A DNA stretch of 64,000 nucleotides from Microcoleus sp. GTDB taxonomy: Bacteria > Cyanobacteriota > Cyanobacteriia > Cyanobacteriales > Microcoleaceae. This document shows positions 41,120 to 51,826 of the stretch, piece after piece (position 1 is the first letter of the stretch; every line of letters begins with the position of its first letter). The stretch is from positions 5,024,001 to 5,088,000 of the forward strand of contig CP181291.1 in the NCBI GenBank assembly GCA_052279835.1, read 5' to 3'. Made by a program: the position numbers and the translations under genes. A model generated the notes under the pieces. It saw only the letters and a list, made by a program, of their open reading frames with translations. It made no database searches and was not told where the DNA came from.

Positions 41120-44100
41120 CTACTCAATCTGTCTGAGCATTTCAGTAATGGCATTACTATCCAAAGGTTTAGAAAACCAATATCCCTGAGCCAGTTCGCA
41201 TTCGAGATCTCGAAGCTGCGCTAACTGTTCGGGTGTTTCAACACCTTCTGCGATCGCCTCCAGTCCCAAATTGTGAGCCAAAGTCACAATCGCCCGCACA
41301 ATTTGTAAATGCTGACCCCGATCGTCACCATTTTTTGTAGGTCCCAAACGACTCACAAAAGAGCGATCGATTTTCAGGGTATCGAGCGGAAAACGGTGCA
41401 AATAACTCAAAGACGAATAGCCCGTACCAAAATCGTCGATCGACAACCGAATATTTTTAGCTTTCAACTGAGAGAGCACAGTATTAGCTTTCTTCACATT
41501 TTCAACGATCGCGCTTTCAGTAATCTCTAATTTTAAACTACTTGGAGCGCAGCCTGTTTCTGCCAAAATTTCATCGATTTGCTCCAACAAGTTGGGCATA
41601 CCTAACTGTTTTGGCGACAGATTAACACTCATTGTTAATTGCCAAGGGTCAATTATTGGTAATCGGTAATTAGGAATTGGGCGTTGGGCATCGGGAATTG
41701 GGCATTGGGCATTGGGCATTGGGCATTGGGCATTAGTAGCTTTCTCTCCCCTCTCCCAATCTCCCCCTCTCCCCCTTCTTCCTTCTTCCTTCCCCCCTTG
41801 GGAGGGGCTGATTCTTCCTTCTTCCTTCCCCCCTTGGGGGGGGATGATTCTTCCTTCTTCCTTCCCCCCTTGGGGGGGGATGATTCTTCCTTCTTCCTTC
41901 CCCCCTTGAGGGGGGGTAATTCTTCCTTCTTCCTTCCCCCCTTGAGGGGGGGTAATTCTTCCTTCTTCCTTCCCCCCTTGAGGGGGGGTAATTCTTCCTT
42001 CTTCCTTCCCCCCTTGGGGGGGGCTGGGGGGGGTGATTCCTTCTTCCTTCATTGACATTAACATTTCTTGCCACTGGCGCAATTGCCTGCAAGATTCCCG
42101 CAATACCCACGCTCCCAGAGGTACAATCAAGCCTGTTTCTTCAGCTACCGGAATAAAAGTAGACGGTGGCACTAGACCCCGAACCGGGTGCTGCCACCGT
42201 ACTAAAGCTTCAAAACCCTCGATCGCACCAGTAACGATCGAAATAATCGGTTGATAGTTAACAATAAAATGGGAACTTTCGTCCTTATTTTTTCCTAATT
42301 CTTCCTTACCAAAAATCGCCAATCGCAGGTCAGTTTCTAACTGCAACAGTGACATAGTTTGGTCGTGCATCGCCAAATTAAACACCTCGTGGCGAGCCTT
42401 ACCCAAAGCTTTAGCACGATACATCGCAATGTCGGCATCCCGCAGCAATTCTTCGGGATGGTGATACAAAGCACTCTGCTCACCGTTCAAATCTTCCTCT
42501 TCTAATGCTTCTACTTCGTCTCTACTAAAAACTATGCCAATGCTAGCGCTGGTGAATACTTCATGACCTTCCAGGTTAAAGGGTATGGTCAATTCTTTTT
42601 GTATTCTGTTAGCTGCTAGGGTGGCATCGCTGAGGTTTTGAATGCGGTCTAGGAGGATGGTAAATTCGTCTCCCCCAAGTCGGGCGACGGTATCAGTAAC
42701 GCGCACGCAATTCTGAAGTCGCTGCGCCAGAGCGATTAACAGTTTGTCACCGAGAATGTGTCCTAGAGAATCATTAACTACTTTGAAGCGGTCTAAATCT
42801 AGGAAGAGGACGGCAAATTTGTAATCGGGAGAATATTGAGAGAGCTGTATAGCTTGTGCTAGTCTATCGATAAATAAGAGGCGGTTTGGCAAACCTGTTA
42901 GTGCGTCGTGAAAGGCATCGTGCAGGAGTTGCTGTTCTACTCGTTTGCGTTCGGTGACGTCTCTGATAATAATTTGGGCGGCGGCTGAGCCTTGATAAGT
43001 AGCGGGTATACCTGCTACTTCCACATCGATGATGGTTCCATCTAGGCGCAGCAATTTTTCTTCCGCCAGTTCGATCGGTCTATTTTCTTCCTCCACTTTC
43101 CGAATCCGCTCTCTGGCGATTTCTACATAGCTGGGATGGACGAAATGCAACACCGGAAAGCCGATGAGCGCGGATGGAGAGCTAGCGCCGAGGAGTTTTG
43201 CGCCCGCTGCGTTGATATAGGCGATTTTACCTTGACAGTGAACGGCGATCGCTTCTGGAGAGAGTTCGACTAGACGGCGGTAGCGTTCTTCACTTTCTTG
43301 GAGAGATACTATCAACTCCGATCGCTCTTTTTCTGCTTGCTGGCGTTCAATTTCCATCCTGTGAGCCGCCAGAAATTTACCCAGGCTTTGAGCCATCAAT
43401 TCTATAATTTCTCTTTCCTGGGATGCAAAATTTTTATGTCTGACTTCTCTGGAACAAAAACTCAAAGTACCATAGATTTTATTATTAACAAATATAGGTG
43501 TGCCGATGTAGGATTCCAGACCCAATTTTTGATAAATTGGATGGTCGTCCCGATCGAGTAGTTCTCTGATGTGAGAACAGGCCATTGTTTTTTTGAACTT
43601 AATCACTGCATCACAGTAAGTATCCTCCAGCTTTAATTCTAATCCCGGAGCTAAAAATTCTAATTCTGTCTTGGCAGACCTAATTATAAAAGATTGATTT
43701 TCCACTTTAGCAATGATGCCAATAGCCAGACCAAAAATCAAACAACCCGCGGTTAGATAATCATCAACCAGTTCTTGAAAATTTTGATAATTATAGGTAG
43801 TAATTCGATGTAAATGTTTGAGATTGGCACTAAAAGTAGCTAGATCTTGAGATTTTGAGTATAATTCTTCTTCGGCTTTTTGACGGTCTGTGACATCTGT
43901 TTGAACCCCAATAAAGTGGGTCAAGTGTCGTCGCGAGTTGTACACCGGAGCAATAGAAAGTTCGTTCCAAAAAGGCGTGCCATCTTTCCGAAAGTTACGC
44001 AAAATAACTTGGCATTCTTTGCCTTGTTCAATAGATTTTCGCAGTTTTTTAACAGAGGCTGGATTAGTGCCTTTGCCCTGTAAGAATCGGCAATTTTTAC

Positions 44101-45292
44101 CAATTAATTCCTCTCGGTCATAACCTGTGATTCGCTCAAAACTGGGATTGACATAAATAATCGGATTGTCGGCAACTGTGGCATCGGCGATCGCAATGCC
44201 GTTGGTGGCACTCTCCATCGCTCTTTCCATCATTTGCAGGCGTTCTGACGATCGAATCCGCTCGATCGCCGCGGCTAACAAATTGGCGATCGCCTCCATA
44301 AAATAGACATCATCTTGGCTAAAAACCCGCTCTTGAGTGCTGTGAACCCCCAAAACACCCCAAACAGGAGATGTCGTATTGGGGACTTCAATGGATTCTC
44401 CCCAGTTCGTCTTAGCCATACCCGGAGTTCCCGGAACCAGCACGGTGACGCCACTGACAATTTGGTGGTTGTGCAGCAGTGGCGATTCACTGAACCTGGT
44501 TTCCACCCGCAAATCTGCGACGATAATCGGTTCCCCCACGGACAATGTATAGCCAGCTTGAGACCGTGGTGAAGCGGTGACAGTAGCACTACCAACCAGC
44601 TCGGCAGACCAGCCAAACCCCGATCGCAACAGGAAAGCATGACCTGAAGGCAATAGTTCCAAAAACTGACAATATTCTACATCCAAAGTTTGGGCAATCA
44701 ACACTCCTGTTTTGTCCATTAGTGCCAACAAATCTGTTTCCGCCAGCGCCAGATGACCTAAGTAAGCTACAGCGACTTGCTGACGAGCGCGACAATGAAT
44801 GGAGGCCAGTAATTGCCGTTCTAGAGCTTCGGCTCGCTTTCGCTCCGTAATATCGCAGAACACTGACAAAACAGCTTTTTCTGAATGCAAAGTCAGGTAG
44901 CGCATCGACACAGTTGCCCAAAATAATGTGCCGTCTGCCTTTTTCAGGCAGACTTCTGCCTCGGAGATGTGCTGATTGCGAGCTAGTCCCTCCAGTAGTT
45001 TCTGGCGGTCTGCCGGGTTATGGTAAAGTGTTTCGGCTTTGGGATGGTCGATCGAATCTGTGCGTTTGATTCCGAAAGAAATAGCACACAAATCGTTGCA
45101 ATAAAGAATGGTACTGTCAGCCAGACTGCTGATCGCCAAAGGGAGCGGCATCGACTCAGCGATCGCCAGCAATAATTCTTGAGTATCTTGCAGTGCTTCC
45201 CGGACTTCAGACTTAAAGTCACAACTCTGACAGTGTTCGGGAATCAAACTTTCCAGTTTTTGATTGACCCATTCTAATAATCTTTTTTGCAC
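41120..45292 (-). CDS. PAS-GAF-LOV-GAF-PAS-GGDEF-EAL diguanylate cyclase/phosphodiesterase with a large repeat insertion in the EAL domain
   Basis: LOV motif [15 protein letters not shown] intact; [21 protein letters not shown]. Confidence 0.92.
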   Translation of the reverse strand: MQKRLLEWVNQKLESLIPEHCQSCDFKSEVREALQDTQELLLAIAESMPLPLAISSLADSTILYCNDLCAISFGIKRTDSIDHPKAETLYHNPADRQKLLEGLARNQHISEAEVCLKKADGTLFWATVSMRYLTLHSEKAVLSVFCDITERKRAEALERQLLASIHCRARQQVAVAYLGHLALAETDLLALMDKTGVLIAQTLDVEYCQFLELLPSGHAFLLRSGFGWSAELVGSATVTASPRSQAGYTLSVGEPIIVADLRVETRFSESPLLHNHQIVSGVTVLVPGTPGMAKTNWGESIEVPNTTSPVWGVLGVHSTQERVFSQDDVYFMEAIANLLAAAIERIRSSERLQMMERAMESATNGIAIADATVADNPIIYVNPSFERITGYDREELIGKNCRFLQGKGTNPASVKKLRKSIEQGKECQVILRNFRKDGTPFWNELSIAPVYNSRRHLTHFIGVQTDVTDRQKAEEELYSKSQDLATFSANLKHLHRITTYNYQNFQELVDDYLTAGCLIFGLAIGIIAKVENQSFIIRSAKTELEFLAPGLELKLEDTYCDAVIKFKKTMACSHIRELLDRDDHPIYQKLGLESYIGTPIFVNNKIYGTLSFCSREVRHKNFASQEREIIELMAQSLGKFLAAHRMEIERQQAEKERSELIVSLQESEERYRRLVELSPEAIAVHCQGKIAYINAAGAKLLGASSPSALIGFPVLHFVHPSYVEIARERIRKVEEENRPIELAEEKLLRLDGTIIDVEVAGIPATYQGSAAAQIIIRDVTERKRVEQQLLHDAFHDALTGLPNRLLFIDRLAQAIQLSQYSPDYKFAVLFLDLDRFKVVNDSLGHILGDKLLIALAQRLQNCVRVTDTVARLGGDEFTILLDRIQNLSDATLAANRIQKELTIPFNLEGHEVFTSASIGIVFSRDEVEALEEEDLNGEQSALYHHPEELLRDADIAMYRAKALGKARHEVFNLAMHDQTMSLLQLETDLRLAIFGKEELGKNKDESSHFIVNYQPIISIVTGAIEGFEALVRWQHPVRGLVPPSTFIPVAEETGLIVPLGAWVLRESCRQLRQWQEMLMSMKEEGITPPSPPQGGKEEGRITPPQGGKEEGRITPPQGGKEEGRITPPQGGKEEGRIIPPQGGKEEGRIIPPQGGKEEGRISPSQGGKEEGRRGRGGDWERGEKATNAQCPMPNAQCPIPDAQRPIPNYRLPIIDPWQLTMSVNLSPKQLGMPNLLEQIDEILAETGCAPSSLKLEITESAIVENVKKANTVLSQLKAKNIRLSIDDFGTGYSSLSYLHRFPLDTLKIDRSFVSRLGPTKNGDDRGQHLQIVRAIVTLAHNLGLEAIAEGVETPEQLAQLRDLECELAQGYWFSKPLDSNAITEMLRQIE
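41645..42050. repeat. Seven tandem ~36-bp units plus heptamer repeats, in frame inside the EAL domain
   Basis: Encode (I[T/I/S][10 protein letters not shown])x7 followed by [21 protein letters not shown]. Confidence 0.9.
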
Positions 45293-45899
45293 AAAACCTG
45301 ACTCCTTTACCTCTTACCGAGGGCTATGAATTTTTGGTAGTTGGCGATTTTAGATGATCCCGGACGATCGGCACCGATCTCTAGCATTATCTGAATCCTG
45401 AAACAACCCCATCCTAAACCCTATAAATTATAACGTTTAGTTTTTTTTCCTTTTGAGGAATCGCTGTAAGTAAGTGAGGAATTTTTCACCCCACTTGCAG
45501 TTTAAACTAATCCACTGTTTTTGATTAGTTTAGCCCCAGAGTCATTTAACTTTAATAATTAGGTATCTTTTTTCACAAACAAACTAGCTCAAGGGATTGT
45601 TAATTTATGGAGTGGAGACTGAGCTTAGGTATAAATTGGGCAACAACTACCATAATAGTACAGTATCATAAACCAGCCTAATTCATCGACTTTAGGTGAA
45701 AAAGAGTGACGTTCCCATACCCTAAGTTTTTAAATTTGACTGGCGGGCAAGTTCGGTGAATATTTGTCTTTGGTATTGAACTCCACTTTTTTTACCCTTG
45801 CGTTAAGTTTTTATAGAGTGGGATACTTTGTCAAATCATGAGTACAAGCTCCTCGTTTTCAAAGTAAACTGAACTGCAAACAATCAACGAAGGACAGAA

Positions 45900-48515
45900 A
45901 TGCTTGAATCTTACCGCCAACACGTAGCTTCACGGGCAGCCTTGGGAATTCCCCCACTGCCCCTAGATGCTCAGCAAACCTCCGAACTTTGCGAATTGCT
46001 CAAAAATCCGCCACCGGGCGAAGAAGAAACCTTAGTAGAATTATTGCGCGATCGCGTGCCACCCGGAGTAGACCAAGCAGCCTACGTCAAAGCAGGATTT
46101 TTGACCAGTATCGCCAAAGGAGAAATCCACAGCCCCCTAATCGCCCCCAAATGGGCAGTCTACCTGCTAGGGACAATGATGGGCGGCTACAACGTCCACT
46201 CCCTCATCGATTTACTCCATCCCGCAGCGGAAACCGCTATTCCCGCCACCGCAGCCCGCGCCCTCAGCAAAACCCTGTTAGTATTTGATGCTTTCCATGA
46301 TGTCCTGGCCCTGTCGGATGTCAATCCCTATGCTAAACAAGTCATCGACTCTTGGGTTAATGCCGAGTGGTTTACCAGTCGCCCCCAACTAGCCGAAGCC
46401 ATCACCGTAACGGTGTTTAAGGTGCCGGGAGAGACGAATACCGACGATTTATCTCCTGCACCCCAGGCTACCACGCGGCCAGACATTCCCCTGCACGCTT
46501 TGGCGATGCTGGAAACTAAAATGCCCGGTGCTCTGGAAACCATTGCCCAATTGAAGCAAAAAGGTCATCCGGTAGCCTACGTTGGCGATGTTGTCGGCAC
46601 CGGTTCTTCACGGAAATCGGCGATTAATTCAGTCCTGTGGCACATTGGTAATGATATTCCATTTGTGCCGAACAAGCGCAGTGGTGGCTATATTCTAGGA
46701 AGTGCGATCGCCCCTATTTTCTTCAATACCGCTGAAGATTCCGGTGCATTGCCGATCGAATGCGACGTCGCCAAAATGGAAACAGGCATGGTAATTACCA
46801 TCCATCCCTACAAAGGTGAAATCACCAATGAAGCCGGAGAAATCATCTCCACATTCACCCTCAAACCAGACACAATACTAGACGAAGTTCGCGCCGGTGG
46901 CCGAATTCCTCTATTAATTGGACGCACCTTAACCGACAAAACCCGCGCCGCTTTAGGACTAGAAATCAGCCCTATTTTCACCCGCCCCACCATCCCAGTA
47001 GACACCCACAAAGGCTTTACTTTAGCCCAGAAAATGGTCGGAAAAGCTTGCGGTTTGTCCGGCGTTCGTCCCGGCACATCCTGCGAACCAGTGATGACCA
47101 CAGTTGGTTCCCAAGATACCACCGGCCCGATGACAAGGGACGAATTAAAAGAACTAGCTTGTTTGGGATTTAGCGCCGATTTGGTAATCCAAAGTTTTTG
47201 TCACACGGCCGCCTATCCAAAACCAGTTGATGTCAAAACTCACCATGAATTACCCGATTTCATGGCTCAACGAGGCGGCGTAGCTTTGCGTCCCGGAGAC
47301 GGCATTATTCACTCCTGGTTAAACCGGATGTTATTGCCAGATACCGTAGGAACTGGTGGCGATTCTCACACTCGTTTTCCCTTGGGAATTTCCTTTCCGG
47401 CGGGTTCGGGATTGGTGGCCTTTGCTGCTGCCTTGGGCGTGATGCCTTTGGATATGCCGGAGTCGGTTTTAGTAAGGTTCAAAGGTGAATTGCAGCCGGG
47501 AGTAACCCTGCGGGATGTTGTGAATGCAATTCCCTATGTAGCAATTCAAAAAGGTTTGCTAACCGTCGAGAAACAGAACAAGAAAAACATCTTTTCTGGA
47601 CGGATTATGGAGATTGAAGGTTTGCCAGATTTGAAGGTCGAGCAGGCTTTTGAATTGACTGATGCCACGGCCGAGCGTTCTTGTGCTGGATGCACGATTA
47701 AACTGAGCGTGGAGACTGTTTCTGAGTACATTCGTTCCAATGTGGCGCTGCTGAAAAATATGATGGCGCGGGGCTATGCAGATGCGCGGACGATGATGCG
47801 CCGCGTAGCGAAGATGGAGGAATGGCTAGCAAATCCGGTGTTGCTGGAGGCTGATGCTGATGCTGAATATGTCGAAATCATTGAAATTGATTTGAATGAG
47901 ATTAAAGAGCCCATTGTGGCTGCTCCCAATGACCCCGATAATGTTAAGTTGTTAAGTGAGGTTGCGGGCGATCGCGTTGACGAAGTATTTGTCGGTTCTT
48001 GCATGACAAATATCGGTCACTACCGCGCCACTGCGAAAGTATTGGAAGGTGCTGGGGAAGTGAAAGCCCGCCTGTGGATTTGTCCCCCAACTCGCATGGA
48101 CGAACAACAACTCAAAGAAGAAGGTTATTACAGCATTTTTGGAGCCGCTGGAGCTCGTACAGAAATGCCCGGTTGCAGTCTTTGCATGGGAAATCAAGCA
48201 CGGGTTAAAGATGCCACAACGGTATTTTCAACATCCACTCGAAACTTCAACAATCGCATGGGGAAAGACGCGCAAGTTTATCTTGGTTCCGCTGAACTAG
48301 CCGCCGTTTGTTCGCTGTTGGGTCGAATTCCCACAGTCCCAGAATACATGGAGATTGTGGCCAAGAAGATCGATCCTTTTGCTGATGATTTGTATCGGTA
48401 TTTGAATTTCGATCGAATTGCTGGTTTTGAGGATGAAGGGCGAGTGATTGCTGTGGAAGATATGCCTCGGATTGAGGATATTTTGGGAATTCCCGAAGGC
48501 GTGTTGAGCAAGTAA
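45900..48515 (+). CDS. acnB: Aconitate hydratase B
   Basis: [58 protein letters not shown]. Confidence 0.97.
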   Translation: MLESYRQHVASRAALGIPPLPLDAQQTSELCELLKNPPPGEEETLVELLRDRVPPGVDQAAYVKAGFLTSIAKGEIHSPLIAPKWAVYLLGTMMGGYNVHSLIDLLHPAAETAIPATAARALSKTLLVFDAFHDVLALSDVNPYAKQVIDSWVNAEWFTSRPQLAEAITVTVFKVPGETNTDDLSPAPQATTRPDIPLHALAMLETKMPGALETIAQLKQKGHPVAYVGDVVGTGSSRKSAINSVLWHIGNDIPFVPNKRSGGYILGSAIAPIFFNTAEDSGALPIECDVAKMETGMVITIHPYKGEITNEAGEIISTFTLKPDTILDEVRAGGRIPLLIGRTLTDKTRAALGLEISPIFTRPTIPVDTHKGFTLAQKMVGKACGLSGVRPGTSCEPVMTTVGSQDTTGPMTRDELKELACLGFSADLVIQSFCHTAAYPKPVDVKTHHELPDFMAQRGGVALRPGDGIIHSWLNRMLLPDTVGTGGDSHTRFPLGISFPAGSGLVAFAAALGVMPLDMPESVLVRFKGELQPGVTLRDVVNAIPYVAIQKGLLTVEKQNKKNIFSGRIMEIEGLPDLKVEQAFELTDATAERSCAGCTIKLSVETVSEYIRSNVALLKNMMARGYADARTMMRRVAKMEEWLANPVLLEADADAEYVEIIEIDLNEIKEPIVAAPNDPDNVKLLSEVAGDRVDEVFVGSCMTNIGHYRATAKVLEGAGEVKARLWICPPTRMDEQQLKEEGYYSIFGAAGARTEMPGCSLCMGNQARVKDATTVFSTSTRNFNNRMGKDAQVYLGSAELAAVCSLLGRIPTVPEYMEIVAKKIDPFADDLYRYLNFDRIAGFEDEGRVIAVEDMPRIEDILGIPEGVLSK

Positions 48516-48548
48516 AATAAAAGGCGGGCGATCGCCCGCCTTTTATTT
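48515..48548. terminator. Bidirectional terminator: 34-bp perfect palindrome centred on HIP1
   Basis: AAATAAAAGGCGGGCGATCGCCCGCCTTTTATTT between convergent genes. Confidence 0.85.
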
Positions 48549-48562
48549 ATTTTAAAGATCGA

Positions 48563-49066
48563 CTAAGCTACATCTTTGAGAGCAGACCTCGAACTGTTCC
48601 GAGATTTTTTGATAACGCTCAGACTGCCGTCGGTTTCCAGTACGACTGCTTCGATTTCTTCGATTGCTGCGTTACCCACCCCTCGAATCGCGGCCCGAAT
48701 TTCCGATTCGCCCACGCGCTGTTGTCGCATCGCCGCAGACAGAAATTGGCCTTGGTCAAGCAGCAAAGTCGGTTCGCCTTTGATCAGATTTTTTACCCAA
48801 TTTAGCCGCACCGCAAGCCACGTGACGATGAATTGCAGCGCGATGAGTAAGCCGAGTCCGAAAACGCCCTCGACGAACGAAACGTCTTTTGACATGATGA
48901 CAGTTGCCAGGGTCGAACCGAGCGCAATGGTAACGATGAAATCGAAAGCATTCCATTTCGATAGAGTTCGCTTTCCAGATGCCAGCAACAAAACAATCAG
49001 CGCGACGTAAGCAGAAATTCCGACCGTCAAAATCCGAATCAATTCAAACCAATTATCAAAAAACAT
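48563..49066 (-). CDS. DUF421/YetF family membrane protein
   Basis: SGKRTLSKWNAFDFIVTIALGS, GEPTLL, VLETDGSLSVI. Confidence 0.9.
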   Translation of the reverse strand: MFFDNWFELIRILTVGISAYVALIVLLLASGKRTLSKWNAFDFIVTIALGSTLATVIMSKDVSFVEGVFGLGLLIALQFIVTWLAVRLNWVKNLIKGEPTLLLDQGQFLSAAMRQQRVGESEIRAAIRGVGNAAIEEIEAVVLETDGSLSVIKKSRNSSRSALKDVA

Positions 49067-49333
49067 AGTTTTATTTTGGAGTCCTGATTTACCGCGCTTT
49101 TGTGCGACGCCACCGCTAGGTGCTTTTTCTGCTTGAGATCGCCTTCGCGCGCTTTGTTAGTTTCCACTGTCATTGTAGCAGCAGAATCGATATCAGCATT
49201 GATTATTAGCAATTGTTTCAGCTTATTGTTTAAAATATAAGTAGAGGCGAGTTCGATCGCCAATCTCTAATTCTCATCCAGGATATAGATCGATCTATGA
49301 ATTCCTATAAATCCGATTGAGGAGAAAAAAACT

Positions 49334-49792
49334 ATGTCTGAACGAGCTTTAATCAGTGAAAGTCCAGCGACAGCAACTTCAGCGCCAGAAACTCGCATGG
49401 GCAATGAAATGGTAGATTTTCTCAGTCTAATTCAGCAAACTCCGAGAGAATATTGGCCGAATTTGCTTAAAATGATGAGGTTATTTCTGGAAACTGCGAC
49501 AGTTAAGCCAGGATTGTCGGAATCCGCCGAGACTCCTGAAAATGTAGATTTTACTAAACTGTCGGAGGACAGAAGTATCACAAGAAATCAAGCTATGACC
49601 CGAGCAATGCTAGCGGGGCGAAAGGCAGGAAATGAGGATCGGGAAAAACCAGAAATTATCGATTCTTTACAGCAGCACGAAGCTCTGAGCAAGCTGTTAC
49701 AGTCTTGGGTAGATGATGGAGATGAAGACGAACAAACAGAAACCGCTGAAGTGCTTCGCAAAGCACTAGAAGAAAACCAGGTGCATATATAG
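49334..49792 (+). CDS. Hypothetical protein, probable antitoxin for the downstream PIN protein
   Basis: Acidic C-terminus (LLQSWVDDGDEDEQTETAEVLRKALEEN); stop is 3 bp before the PIN start. Confidence 0.6.
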   Translation: MSERALISESPATATSAPETRMGNEMVDFLSLIQQTPREYWPNLLKMMRLFLETATVKPGLSESAETPENVDFTKLSEDRSITRNQAMTRAMLAGRKAGNEDREKPEIIDSLQQHEALSKLLQSWVDDGDEDEQTETAEVLRKALEENQVHI

Positions 49793-49795
49793 TCG

Positions 49796-50251
49796 ATGAG
49801 CAGAATAGTGTTGTTGGATTCTGGGCCTTTAGGAATTGTTACAAATCCCAAAGCCGCCTCTCCTTTATATCAAGAGGGTAAACTATGGCTGCAATCTTTG
49901 CCACTAAAAGGTTAAATTGTAATGCTTCCTGAAATTGCTGACTATGAGGTGAGGCGTGAATTAATTCGTGCAGGTAAGGCGGCAGGTATTAGACGACTTG
50001 ATGAACTTAAATCGCAAATTCCCTACCGTCCTTTGACTTCGGAGGTAATGCTTCTAGCGGCTCAGTTGTGGGCGGATGCACGAAATAGAGGAAAGCCAAC
50101 GGCACACCCCGATGCACTTGACGGGGATGTGATTCTAGCTGCTCAAGCAATATTGGAGGGAAGTGAAGTCAATAAGGTGGTAATTGCTACAACAAATGTG
50201 GGGCATTTGTCTCAGTTTGTGGATGCTCGCGAATGGCGATTAATCTCATAA
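49796..50251 (+). pseudogene. PIN-domain (VapC-like) nuclease with an in-frame TAA at 49913-49915
   Basis: MSRIVLLDSGPLG...KG*IVMLPEIADYEVRRE...LDGDVILAAQ..IATTNVGHL in one frame. Confidence 0.8.
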
Positions 50252-50256
50252 AGCTT

Positions 50257-50400
50257 GCTCGTTCCTAGGCCTTAGCCTGTTGCTCGTTCCCAGGCTAAGG
50301 CCTGGGAACGCATTCCATGAGGCTCTGCCTCCTGTTTTTGTCCGCAAGCGAGGCAGAGCCAAAGCATCTCGGTTCCCAGGCCTTAGCCTGGGAACCAGTT
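50257..50400. repeat. REP-doublet element, inverted relative of 34468-34579
   Basis: CTCGTTCCCAGGCTAAGGCCTGGGAACG..GGCTCTGCCTC..GAGGCAGAGCC..GGTTCCCAGGCCTTAGCCTGGGAACCAGTT. Confidence 0.75.
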
Positions 50401-50527
50401 ATAAATCGGTAAACTTTTAGATGAAGATCGCCTTTCTAATAGGCTATTATTTCCATATTCCTGCTACTCTTCAACTACAATATTCACAGCAGATACCGTT
50501 GGCGACACCAACAGCAGGGGGAAAACA

Positions 50528-50905
50528 ATGGAAACAGTCGAAACAGTCGAAACAATAGATACTCGGACTCAAACCCGCTACTGGGGAAAAGTTACAGTCA
50601 TCGACGCTGGCGAGCGTTATAAAATCAATCGCATTGAGCTCAAGCCGGGCCACCACATCAGTACCCAAATGCACTATCACCGCAGCGAACATTGGGTTGT
50701 TGTCTCCGGTACCGCTAAAGTTATCTGCGATGATAAAGAAACTATTTTGATGCAAAAACAGTCAACCTACGTTCCCATGAATGCGGCTCACCGTGTGGAA
50801 AACCCCGGCGTGATTCCCCTGGTGATGATTGAAATTCAAAATGGTGAATATCTGGGCGACGATGACATCATTCGTTTTCCCCAAGATGCTCACGAAGAAG
50901 ATTAA
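50528..50905 (+). CDS. Cupin protein resembling the type II mannose-6-phosphate isomerase C-terminal domain
   Basis: RYWG, QMHYHRSEHWVVVSGTA, HRVENPG, EIQNGEYLGDDDIIR. Confidence 0.9.
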   Translation: METVETVETIDTRTQTRYWGKVTVIDAGERYKINRIELKPGHHISTQMHYHRSEHWVVVSGTAKVICDDKETILMQKQSTYVPMNAAHRVENPGVIPLVMIEIQNGEYLGDDDIIRFPQDAHEED

Positions 50906-50917
50906 TCCTTGAGCATT

Positions 50918-50957
50918 AAAAATGTAGGGGCAGTTTCTGAACTACCCCTACATTTTT
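50918..50957. terminator. Bidirectional terminator formed by a GTAG-REP-like hairpin
   Basis: AAAAATGTAGGGGCAGTT-TCTG-AACTACCCCTACATTTTT between convergent genes. Confidence 0.75.
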
Positions 50958-51007
50958 ATATTAAAGTTGTTAAGCACGATCGTCTGATATCACAATAGGC
51001 GATCGCC

Positions 51008-51667
51008 CTAGGGCAGTGCAGCATTCTTCAACTCTACATTGGCCATATTTGCATTTCTGAGGTTAGCGCCTGTCAAGTCGGAACCCACCAAATTTGCACC
51101 AGTCAAATTTGCACCGGTCAAATTTGCATCCCGTAGGTTGACTCCCACCATATCCATTCCGAACAAACTCCCACCTTTGAGAGTGACATTGGCTAGATTC
51201 AACAATGACTGACGAACATTTTTGAGGTTTGCGCCAGTCAAATTAGCACTTTCCAAATTAGCTCCGATTAGATTCGAGCTGCTGAGATTGGCATTCTTCA
51301 AATTCGCAATCACTAAACCAGCCAAATTCAGATTAGCACGGCTCAAGTCAGCTTGCTCCAAATTCGCACCGTGCATCCTCGTAGCGATTAAGCTCGCACC
51401 GGCTAGTTTGGCATTTTTGAGATTGGCTTGATTCAGCTTGGCTTCATTGAGATTCGTTCCCCTCAAATTCGCCCCACTCAAATTCGCCCCATTCAAATCT
51501 GCACCGCTGAGATCCATACCAGAAAGTTGCGCTCCTGTCAAGTCACAACCGGAACAAATTTTGGTTTCTAGTAACTGCTTGACTTCTGCGGGATTTTCGG
51601 CTTTCACTGGAGAGGCAAAACCGATCGCAATTAGTAACCCTGTAGCTGCCAAAATATCAAACTTCAT
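51008..51667 (-). CDS. Exported pentapeptide repeat protein
   Basis: Signal peptide, CSGCDL cap, tandem A(D/N)LxG repeats. Confidence 0.93.
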   Translation of the reverse strand: MKFDILAATGLLIAIGFASPVKAENPAEVKQLLETKICSGCDLTGAQLSGMDLSGADLNGANLSGANLRGTNLNEAKLNQANLKNAKLAGASLIATRMHGANLEQADLSRANLNLAGLVIANLKNANLSSSNLIGANLESANLTGANLKNVRQSLLNLANVTLKGGSLFGMDMVGVNLRDANLTGANLTGANLVGSDLTGANLRNANMANVELKNAALP

Positions 51668-51826
51668 ATACCCGCTCCCACCAAATCTCTACTTACAAAT
51701 TTAGTTTATTTTTGAAGGATCTTGAGCGATCGACATCTGGATATAGTGTGATTATTATCACTGTGTTGTGTACCCCAAAAATGCTATAATTTTAGATGTT
51801 TTAACAAAGTTAAAATTTGTTAAAAA

